Shown in pieces: positions 34,686 through 43,115 of a stretch of 64,000 nucleotides of DNA. Made by a program: the position numbers and the translations under genes. This DNA comes from Candidatus Cloacimonadales bacterium. Its GTDB lineage: Bacteria; Cloacimonadota; Cloacimonadia; Cloacimonadales; JAIOQZ01. The first letter of the stretch is position 1. Every line of letters starts with the position of its first letter. The notes below the pieces were generated by a model. It was not told where the DNA came from, searched no databases, and saw nothing but the letters and a program-made list of their open reading frames with translations. The stretch covers positions 800,001 through 864,000 of the forward strand of contig OY762463.1 of NCBI GenBank assembly GCA_963665815.1, read 5' to 3'.

Positions 34686-34733
34686 TTTTCCTCCAATGCC
34701 AGCAAATACCCAACATATCTACTGGTAAACAAG

Positions 34734-37136
34734 TTATTTAACTAATAGCATTTTACCGTTAAAAGTACTCCTTCCTGTCGAAATTCTATAGAAATAAATG
34801 CCGCTTGATACATGACGTTCATTATCATCAGTTCCATTCCAGTTTAACGAATGTTTACCTTTAGTTTCAAAACTGTCAAGCAAAGTTTTTACCTTCTGTC
34901 CCTTAATATTATAAACGTTAATTTCAATATTACAATCTTTATCGATATTGTATTGTATTGTGGCTTCGGGATTAAAAGGATTAGGATAGCAACTCGCTTC
35001 TATTCCTTTAATTTTACTCATATCTGTTACTTCTGCGAATTCGTTAAATACCCCTGAAGAAATGCTTCCATTGGCTGAATCAAACACAAGTAAATCAAAG
35101 TAGCTGCCGAATGTACTAACTATTTCCTGCTCTAAAGTAAAATTCTGATCAATGATTTGATACTCTTCCCAGAGACTACCGAAATAGTTATTCTCAAGAA
35201 CAGAAATCATATATCCATCATTACTATAAGAAACATTCAGAATATCATTGCTGTCATCATCGCCTATATCAACAATTGGATAACTGACTAATCCATCTGA
35301 GAAAGCTACAAAATTATCATGTTCCTGAAATCCATTGACTGATCTGTCCCCATATCGTATATATAATCTTCCGTTTCTTACAATAAGCAGATCAACTATA
35401 GAGTCATTATTAAAATCTGCAGGATGTATACTATTAAAATCCAAGAAATTATCAATTAAAACAGATTCGCTAAAGCTGATACCATCCAGATTAAAACTCA
35501 CTTGTAGAGAATTATCCTGAGATGTTTCAGAAGAAAAGTAAATAATATCCTCTAATCCATCCCCATTAACATCTGCAAGAGAAAATTTACCTGAGGTATT
35601 ATCGACTACCACAACTTCCCTGTCCCCCATAAACTCACCGTTAATATTGTAGTAAACAGAAATTTGTTCCATTTGTGAATTGTATATAACCAAGTCACAT
35701 TCAGAATCATTATCAATATCTACAAATTCCAGTTTCATGTAAGTTTGTTCATATAGTTCAATATTGTTGTTTAACAAATATTTTCTATTGTTATCATGCT
35801 CTATAACAAGTGAAAACTCATTATTACCTGTAGACAATAATGCTGCCATGTCAGCTTCACCATTTCCATCAATATCTGATATACAGAAATCTGACACATT
35901 CTCTGCTAAAAAAGGTTTCAGTTTAAAGTCCAATCCTGAATCAGCAATATCAGCTCTTATAACCCTGCCTTCATGAAGAAAGTAAACTACCTTTTCATTT
36001 GTACTTATTGGGCTATATACAGTTACATTAGAGTAGTCGAACCTGCAACCTGCTATAAAAAATCTATCTTGATTTCCGGTATCAGACAACACGAGATATT
36101 GTAGACACTCACCATTAAAATCTGAAAGAATCGGATTAAACATCCCATCATTATTTAGATCAGAAAAGCCACACAAAGATTCCCACTCATTTAGAATTAG
36201 ATTAAAGCTTTCCACAAACAAGTTCTCATGATTTTCAATAAAAGTCACTACAGAATCTGAATGAGTAATAACCATATCATTTTCACCATCCCCTGAAAAA
36301 TCTACGATATTCAGTGTATTTATATGTCCGTATGAATCAAGAATTGTTCCTGAGTACTGATAATTCTGAGTATCAGTTGCAGAAAACGTATTAATATTAC
36401 CGTTTTTCACTGCGAGAATTTCTTTCACACCGTCACCATTGATATCTTCAGCACTTAGCGATTCATATAATGTACTGTCGGAAATCAGAGAGTCTTCAAT
36501 ATGGACACCCTCAATAAGATCAGCTATTATCAACCCCTGACCATTGCTGAAGATGATCTCATTATCATTATCATCATCAATATTAACAAAGGCATAACCT
36601 GATATGTCACTAAGACATTCTAAAGAGTCAATATCACTGATCAATCCATCAGAGCTCTGTTCATACACCAGGATTAATCTATTGGAAACAACACCCAAAG
36701 TAATTAAACCATCATCTGCTTCTCTTAACACATTTATACTTGAAACATTTCTGCCAGTATTAATGGGAAACGTACTTAACAGGTTAATCTGAGCATCATC
36801 TATTTCATACATTGTATTTATGTCATTAATCAATAAAAACAAGTAAATGCTTTCAGTAATATCTGATTTATAAACAGAAGCGTATTCAATTGTACCATCG
36901 ACCGTTAGTAAAGAGTATTCTTCGTTGTACAATACTCCGTAATTGCTTTTAATCCATGAAACACGGCTATCATAAATGGTAATAATATCATTGAAACTAT
37001 CATTATCAATATCAGCAAAAAAATAGAAATTACAATCTTCCAAAACGGGAATGTACTCGCGATTATTATCGAGCTGATATTCAGCAGCAAGATTTAATGA
37101 AATGCTGAAAAAAACAATCAATAGCAATATTCTCAA
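34734..37136 (-). CDS. Secreted FG-GAP/VCBS repeat protein with a divergent CTD (array gene J, first in transcription order)
   Basis: TTG start with AGGAG RBS, signal peptide, more degenerate repeats, [15 protein letters not shown]. Confidence 0.88.
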   Translation of the reverse strand: MRILLLIVFFSISLNLAAEYQLDNNREYIPVLEDCNFYFFADIDNDSFNDIITIYDSRVSWIKSNYGVLYNEEYSLLTVDGTIEYASVYKSDITESIYLFLLINDINTMYEIDDAQINLLSTFPINTGRNVSSINVLREADDGLITLGVVSNRLILVYEQSSDGLISDIDSLECLSDISGYAFVNIDDDNDNEIIFSNGQGLIIADLIEGVHIEDSLISDSTLYESLSAEDINGDGVKEILAVKNGNINTFSATDTQNYQYSGTILDSYGHINTLNIVDFSGDGENDMVITHSDSVVTFIENHENLFVESFNLILNEWESLCGFSDLNNDGMFNPILSDFNGECLQYLVLSDTGNQDRFFIAGCRFDYSNVTVYSPISTNEKVVYFLHEGRVIRADIADSGLDFKLKPFLAENVSDFCISDIDGNGEADMAALLSTGNNEFSLVIEHDNNRKYLLNNNIELYEQTYMKLEFVDIDNDSECDLVIYNSQMEQISVYYNINGEFMGDREVVVVDNTSGKFSLADVNGDGLEDIIYFSSETSQDNSLQVSFNLDGISFSESVLIDNFLDFNSIHPADFNNDSIVDLLIVRNGRLYIRYGDRSVNGFQEHDNFVAFSDGLVSYPIVDIGDDDSNDILNVSYSNDGYMISVLENNYFGSLWEEYQIIDQNFTLEQEIVSTFGSYFDLLVFDSANGSISSGVFNEFAEVTDMSKIKGIEASCYPNPFNPEATIQYNIDKDCNIEINVYNIKGQKVKTLLDSFETKGKHSLNWNGTDDNERHVSSGIYFYRISTGRSTFNGKMLLVK

Positions 37137-37509
37137 ATTGACTCCTATAATTTTAAAAAAATACTTTAAAATCGACTATATATTTTTAAGCATAAAATGT
37201 TCCAAAATATAATTATTTTTTTAACATTTATACTAACTGTGAGCTCTAAAATAGCAAAACTGAGAAGCTTTAACTAAAGAATTTTGATGAGAATTTTGAA
37301 TTCATATATAAATCCTTTCAGAGAAGCTTATTTTGAGCTTAATCTGATGAATTCCAAAACCAAGTCAACTATCCCAGTTATGCGAATCTCTCAAAATATT
37401 ATAAGATAGTAAAATTGTGACAACAAAAAAATATAATATAAGTTGATTAATATTTCTTGCTTGACATTCAATAATGATTTAATTCTCTAACATAGTTAAA
37501 GGAGAACTC

Positions 37510-37998
37510 ATGGATAGACCAAGTTGGCAGAAATATTTCATAGAAATGGCTTACCTTGTAGCCCAAAGAGCAACTTGTACCAGAAGAAAGGTTGGAGCTG
37601 TACTTGTTAAGAATAATCAGATTATTTCCACAGGATATAATGGTGCCCCAAAAAGAGTTGCACATTGCTCAATTACCGGATGTTTGAGAAAACAGTTAAA
37701 TGTACCTTCCGGACAGAATCATGAACTTTGCAGAGGAATTCACGCTGAACAGAATGCTATCATTCAGGCTGCGGTCAATGGAACACCCATAAACGGCTCT
37801 GTACTATATTGCACAACTCAGCCGTGCATAATCTGCACAAAAATGATAATCAACGCTGAAATTACAAAAATATTCATTGCTGAGACATATCCGGACAATA
37901 TGAGTCTCGACATGCTTGATGAGGCAGGTGTCGAAGTAATCTATGTTGACAGAAAAACAGGAGAACTTAAGAAAATTACTAACGCTGAGCTTGTTTAA
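37510..37998 (+). CDS. dCMP deaminase (cytidine/deoxycytidylate deaminase, ComEB-like)
   Basis: [34 protein letters not shown]. Confidence 0.93.
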   Translation: MDRPSWQKYFIEMAYLVAQRATCTRRKVGAVLVKNNQIISTGYNGAPKRVAHCSITGCLRKQLNVPSGQNHELCRGIHAEQNAIIQAAVNGTPINGSVLYCTTQPCIICTKMIINAEITKIFIAETYPDNMSLDMLDEAGVEVIYVDRKTGELKKITNAELV

Positions 37999-38776
37999 CA
38001 TCAATAGATTTATAACTATCTCCAAAGTATTTTCTCAATAAATCTTGATACTCCTTTGTTTTCTTAAACTCTCTAGTTATATGCGAAAAGTGTTCAGTAA
38101 ACTCATGAGATACTTTTCTTTTGTTAAAGATTATATACAGACCATCGGTTTTTACCGGATTCTTCAGCCAGGGTACAATATTGCTAAAACCTAATTCATT
38201 AAGAAGAGCTGAACCGTTTCCATATTCGGCGATTATATAGTCTAACCTACCATCTTCAAGTTTCATGAAATTCTGTTTATCGTAAGTGGTTTCTTCTACC
38301 AGACAATACTTGCTGATAAATGAAATAAACTCTTCAGTATAACTGTACCCACGTACAATTCCAACTGCTTTACCTTTCAGATCGCCTAAATTTGTGTATT
38401 CATCAGTGGAATCTGCATTTGTCCATATTGCCCACGGAGAGATGATTAATGGTTCATCGGGATAATAGGCATAAGCGGCTCTTTCATGAGTATAGTTTGC
38501 AGAAAATAATGCATCCGTCTTATCGTTTTTAAGCATCTCAACAGCTCTTTTCCATGGCAACATATCCATAGAATTTATATCCGTATCAAGTTCTCTCATA
38601 ACATGTATCACAATATCATAACTATATCCGAGAACAACTCCCTGCTCAGAAAACTGATAAGGCTTCCAATCATCGCAGACAAGCCTGATTCCCTTTTGAA
38701 TCTGTTGGCTATACAATATGCAGGAAATTATGATCAATAATACAACTAACTTTGTTTTCAATTTAAATCTTATCAT
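37979..38776 (-). CDS. Periplasmic substrate-binding protein (SBP family 3-like)
   Basis: Signal peptide from ATG 38776, [27 protein letters not shown]; 3' end overlaps the deaminase gene by 20 nt. Confidence 0.85.
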   Translation of the reverse strand: MIRFKLKTKLVVLLIIISCILYSQQIQKGIRLVCDDWKPYQFSEQGVVLGYSYDIVIHVMRELDTDINSMDMLPWKRAVEMLKNDKTDALFSANYTHERAAYAYYPDEPLIISPWAIWTNADSTDEYTNLGDLKGKAVGIVRGYSYTEEFISFISKYCLVEETTYDKQNFMKLEDGRLDYIIAEYGNGSALLNELGFSNIVPWLKNPVKTDGLYIIFNKRKVSHEFTEHFSHITREFKKTKEYQDLLRKYFGDSYKSIDVKQAQR

Positions 38777-39003
38777 AATAATAAAATAGCAGAACAGTAA
38801 TTCAAGGCAAGAGTAAATTTTTCTTTTTTTTCTTGACATCATTTCCTCAAGAGTTACATTTTAGCTAAATTTCTCCCCCCTCTCTATACTTTTATAGTAT
38901 ATTGTCTTTGAAAAGTTATTTTCTTAGTTCTGAAAGTGGATTAAATCCATTGTAGGAATTCTATGCTTAAAGTAATATATTAATTAATAAATGAGAGGCC
39001 AAC

Positions 39004-41853
39004 ATGAGAAAGTTTATAACATTCTTTCTGGTAGTATTTTTCGGCACAGTACTGTTTGCACAGACTGATGCAGATTTTACTGCTGACATCCATTTCGGGT
39101 TTAAATCTCAAGTAGTTAATTTTACCGATCAATCTAATGCTAATCCTATAGGATGGGATTGGGATTTTGATAATGACGGTACGGTTGACTCACAAGTGCA
39201 GAACCCAACCCACACCTTCAACGAAGCAGGTGTGCATGTCGTTGCATTGACTGCATCTTTCTTTTCATTAACAGGTACTGTTCAAGATACCAAACTTGAT
39301 ACTATCGTTATTTATGAAATTAAATTTGATGCAATTACAGCCAGTGGTGACACTGTAGGTGCTATTCCTTTTGCTGTACAATTTGCTGACAGAACTTTCG
39401 ATGATTTCCAGAATAACCTGCCACCTCTTCCGGTATCATTTGCCTGGGATTTCGGTGATGGAAACACATCAACTGAGCAACATCCTGTTCATTCCTATGA
39501 TACAGGCGGTTACTATGATGTTTCATTGGAAATTACTCTTGATGAAAACCTTACTGTAAACACTTACCTTGTACAGGATGAACTTATCAAATGGGACAGA
39601 AATGATCCTGATGTAAGTTATATCCGTGTTTATGATGTCGACTTTACAAAAGACATCTTATGGGGATTTGCACCTCAGGTTGTGAACTTCACAGATATAT
39701 CTGTACCAACACCTGATGCATGGAACTGGGATCTTGATTTCCAGAATGCTCCAATGCAAATTGATTCTAATGTACAGAATCCACAGTTTACTTATAACGA
39801 CGCCGGCCCATATTACAATATTTTCCAGGCAATCTACAATCATCCTGACGGACCAGATACAGTAACAGTATATGACTCAGTGGCAATCTTCCTTGTTGAT
39901 TTTCATGCGACAGAAGATTTCTCCGATCCTGATATTGTTGACTCAGTTGGAATGGTAAACTTTGAAATCAACTTTACAGATTATTACACATGGCGACCTT
40001 GGATTGATGCAGGTCTTCAATCATGGCTTCCACCTGCGGATCTCGTTACATGGGATTGGGACTTCGGAACCGGTGATTTTGATACTGTAGAAAATCCTTA
40101 TTATATTTATACTGATTGTGGTTTCTATGATGTTGAACTGACTATGGAAATTGATCCCCAAATGACAATCAATCAGGTTCTTGCCACACAAACTCATGTC
40201 AAGTGGGACCCGGCTGATCCTGATAACTGGTACATCTGGGTTAAAGGACCAATATCAGCATTGGTATGTGACAACTCAGAAAGTATGATGTATGACAATA
40301 AAGCAGGAACATTAATCAATGCTGCAGGCAGTTACATTAATCTTTTTGATCCTGGTTTCCAGATTTCTGTTGTAAAATTCCGTGAATGGGCAGAAACACT
40401 GTTTGAAATGGAATTGTATGATTATGACGGAACAAACAGCCCTCTAAACGCAGCGAACTCCACTCTTGGTGGTATGGGTAATCCACTGGGATACTCAGGA
40501 CCGGGAGAAGGTCTGATTGAAGGACTTAATCAATGCCTTAATCATTCAGATCCAACACCTGCATCACAGATTTTTGAAGCAGTAAATAATCCACAAGATA
40601 TCGTAGATACTATTCATGTTGTATTATTCACAGACGGACTCGAAAACTGTGCTCCGGCACTTAATCCAAATCCTCCATTCAATGGAACTATTCTCAATTG
40701 GATTGCCGGTCAAGCCTGGGCACCATATCTCAAAATCCATACAATTACTATGGGTTCTAATACTACAATGTTTGCTTTAATGCAGGCTATTGCACAGAAC
40801 TTCCAGGGTGTTTATCACGATGCAAGTACGGATAATATAGTAAATATTATGCAGGATATCAGTGTTGCTATGCGTGGACCTGCTGCAACAAGAATTGCAA
40901 ATATAGCTGGTTCTTTTGATCCATCTGATGCTTCCAGAACATTACCTGAACATCAGGTATATGTAGATTCTTATGCCAAAGATGTTACTTTTGTTCTCAA
41001 TTGGGACAAACCACAGGCAGATTTATTCTTTGAACTGATTGCACCTGACGGAACAATAGCATTTGAAAGAGCTACATTGCTTACTCATGCATTACCATCT
41101 TCTGAAACAAATATTAACTATACAATAAAGAATCCTATACCGGGAGCATGGACTGTTCGCATTTCAGACAATTCAGTTGGTAAATATCGTAATGTTAATT
41201 ATGAATTATATGCTCACGCATCATCAGAATTAACTGGTAAACTTTATTTTGCACAAGAAACTCCGCTTCCTGGAGATCCTCTTGATGTAACTGCTGTTTT
41301 AAGAGATGTTCATGGAGAAGCATATTCTGTAGATAACGTATATGCGGAAATTACAAGACCTGATGCTTCTATTGAGTATGTAACACTTACAAACTCTTCA
41401 CCTAATCACTATACTACTCAGTATACTAACACAAGTCTTGAAGGTGCTTACAGATTCAGAATATATGTTGAAGCACATAACTCTCAAGGTGAAATAAGAA
41501 GATCATTTGGTTATACTAAAGCTTTAGTTAACGATAACTCTCGTCTTGCTGACGGTGAAGATGTAAACAACATAGAAAAATTCACTGTAAGAAACTATCC
41601 AAATCCATTCAATCCTGAGACAACCATCGAATTCAGTCTTCCTGCTAAAGAAGCTGTTACTGTTGACATCTATAATATCAAAGGTGAAAGAGTAACAAGA
41701 TTAGTAAACAGTGAAGTTTATGAATCAGGTGTACACTCTGTTAAATGGAATGGTGTTGACTCTCAAAACAAACAGGTAGGGTCAGGAACTTACTTCTACA
41801 AAGTAAAAACTCCTGCTCATTCAGAAGTTAAAAAAATGATATTACTCAAGTAA
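39004..41853 (+). CDS. Secreted protein: four PKD-like domains + vWA domain + Ig-like region + CTD
   Basis: Repeated VNFTD.S...W.WDF..G....Q.P...Y; MIDAS-like DNSESM and [23 protein letters not shown]. Confidence 0.88.
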   Translation: MRKFITFFLVVFFGTVLFAQTDADFTADIHFGFKSQVVNFTDQSNANPIGWDWDFDNDGTVDSQVQNPTHTFNEAGVHVVALTASFFSLTGTVQDTKLDTIVIYEIKFDAITASGDTVGAIPFAVQFADRTFDDFQNNLPPLPVSFAWDFGDGNTSTEQHPVHSYDTGGYYDVSLEITLDENLTVNTYLVQDELIKWDRNDPDVSYIRVYDVDFTKDILWGFAPQVVNFTDISVPTPDAWNWDLDFQNAPMQIDSNVQNPQFTYNDAGPYYNIFQAIYNHPDGPDTVTVYDSVAIFLVDFHATEDFSDPDIVDSVGMVNFEINFTDYYTWRPWIDAGLQSWLPPADLVTWDWDFGTGDFDTVENPYYIYTDCGFYDVELTMEIDPQMTINQVLATQTHVKWDPADPDNWYIWVKGPISALVCDNSESMMYDNKAGTLINAAGSYINLFDPGFQISVVKFREWAETLFEMELYDYDGTNSPLNAANSTLGGMGNPLGYSGPGEGLIEGLNQCLNHSDPTPASQIFEAVNNPQDIVDTIHVVLFTDGLENCAPALNPNPPFNGTILNWIAGQAWAPYLKIHTITMGSNTTMFALMQAIAQNFQGVYHDASTDNIVNIMQDISVAMRGPAATRIANIAGSFDPSDASRTLPEHQVYVDSYAKDVTFVLNWDKPQADLFFELIAPDGTIAFERATLLTHALPSSETNINYTIKNPIPGAWTVRISDNSVGKYRNVNYELYAHASSELTGKLYFAQETPLPGDPLDVTAVLRDVHGEAYSVDNVYAEITRPDASIEYVTLTNSSPNHYTTQYTNTSLEGAYRFRIYVEAHNSQGEIRRSFGYTKALVNDNSRLADGEDVNNIEKFTVRNYPNPFNPETTIEFSLPAKEAVTVDIYNIKGERVTRLVNSEVYESGVHSVKWNGVDSQNKQVGSGTYFYKVKTPAHSEVKKMILLK

Positions 41854-41873
41854 TATCTTAAACATAATTTACT

Positions 41874-41907
41874 GGGGATAGTTTATTAACTGTCCCCCTT
41901 TTTTTTT
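41874..41907 (+). terminator. Intrinsic terminator
   Basis: GGGGATAGTT/AACTGTCCCC stem followed by a T9 run. Confidence 0.85.
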
Positions 41908-41920
41908 AGGATCATGCATC

Positions 41921-42424
41921 ATGAAAGAATCTATAATGCAAAGCAACAGAATTTACCTCAGAGAGTTTTGTATCTCCGATCTGAACGAGATATATGATAT
42001 GAGTAGAGAATCAGACCTGAAGAGATTCCTGCCAGACCAATATTATGAAAACATCGAAGTAGCAGAAAAAACTCTTAACTTCCTTATGTCTCAATATCCA
42101 AGCTCCACTCGGATTGATAAAGCTTATGTTTTAGGTGTTGTTGATAAAGCTTCTGAGAGACTAATTGGACATGTTGGATTAAGCCCTGTCAAATCAGGTA
42201 TTGAGGTTGGTTACGCAATCAGGGATTCTCATAAGAATGAAGGACTGGCAACTGAGAGTGTTAGACTACTGCTTAATATAGCGAGAAAGAAGTTTCATTT
42301 GTCGCAAGTTTTTGGAATAGTGAATAAAAAAAACATTCCCTCAATTAAAGTATTGGAGAAATGCGGTTTCATACTATCTCAATCTAACGATAATTCCTTA
42401 GTATACATAGCAACTATATTGTAA
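41921..42424 (+). CDS. GNAT N-acetyltransferase (RimJ/RimL family)
   Basis: RIYLREF, LIGHVGL, EVGYAI...HKNEGLATE, NIPSIKVLEKCGF. Confidence 0.9.
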   Translation: MKESIMQSNRIYLREFCISDLNEIYDMSRESDLKRFLPDQYYENIEVAEKTLNFLMSQYPSSTRIDKAYVLGVVDKASERLIGHVGLSPVKSGIEVGYAIRDSHKNEGLATESVRLLLNIARKKFHLSQVFGIVNKKNIPSIKVLEKCGFILSQSNDNSLVYIATIL

Positions 42425-42495
42425 ATCAAATCACCATTCATTAACAGAGAAAGAAATATTCACCTACATACCTATTAACTTTTCCACTATTATAC

Positions 42496-42523
42496 TTGAC
42501 AATATATTAATCTACTCTAATAT
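42496..42523 (+). promoter_or_regulatory. Putative sigma70 promoter of the padR-protease pair
   Basis: TTGACA-N16-TAATAT, 25 nt upstream of the ATG. Confidence 0.45.
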
Positions 42524-42548
42524 CAGGAAAATTCTTCAAGGAGTATAT

Positions 42549-43106
42549 ATGTCAATATCCGATATGATCGTTCTTGGTGAGCTCAATAAGCATCCTACAT
42601 ACGGTTATGAGCTTTGCAAAGCAATTAAGGATAAAGGTATACATAGTCATTCAGGCATCAAGATGCCATCAGTATACAAATCACTTTCCAAACTGGAAAA
42701 GAAAGAATATATCACAGGAAAAAGAATTGAAGGCGATAAAAATCCCTCCAGAACTGTTTATCAATTATCTGATTCCGGCTATTTATACTTTGCAGATCTC
42801 GTAAAAAAATCAATAATTACATACAGAAAAACTCGTAATGAATTCTGGATAGCATTAAATTATATAGATAACATAATATCAAAAGAGGAGTTCATTCACA
42901 TTCTGCGAGAACGAATTAGTAATATCAAAAATGAACTCGAAAAAATCATGGGGAAATTATTGGGTGCAGAGAAGCTTCCTCTTCAAATTGAATACATGGT
43001 TAAGATGAGTACAAAGTCTAAAGAATCTGAAATTGAAGTACTACAGGAAATGCTGGAATCAATAACCAACAATGCAGACAGTAGTACTATAACTTTTAAA
43101 AAATAA
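42549..43106 (+). CDS. PadR-family transcriptional regulator
   Basis: VLGEL..HP.YGYEL, SVYKSL.KLEK..YI, RTVYQLS..G. Confidence 0.9.
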   Translation: MSISDMIVLGELNKHPTYGYELCKAIKDKGIHSHSGIKMPSVYKSLSKLEKKEYITGKRIEGDKNPSRTVYQLSDSGYLYFADLVKKSIITYRKTRNEFWIALNYIDNIISKEEFIHILRERISNIKNELEKIMGKLLGAEKLPLQIEYMVKMSTKSKESEIEVLQEMLESITNNADSSTITFKK

Positions 43107-43115
43107 GGAGTAAGT

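Noticed and set aside
19241-34733. Integron cassette array (post-stop hairpins as attC; GTTGGG as GTTRRRY)
   Set aside because: No complementary RYYYAAC box, the GTTGGG lies in a separate hairpin loop, there is no integrase in the window, and the genes are all paralogues.
37510-37998. Deaminase acting as a mutator for the adjacent array
   Set aside because: It looks like an ordinary housekeeping dCMP deaminase; no C>T-specific pattern was evident.
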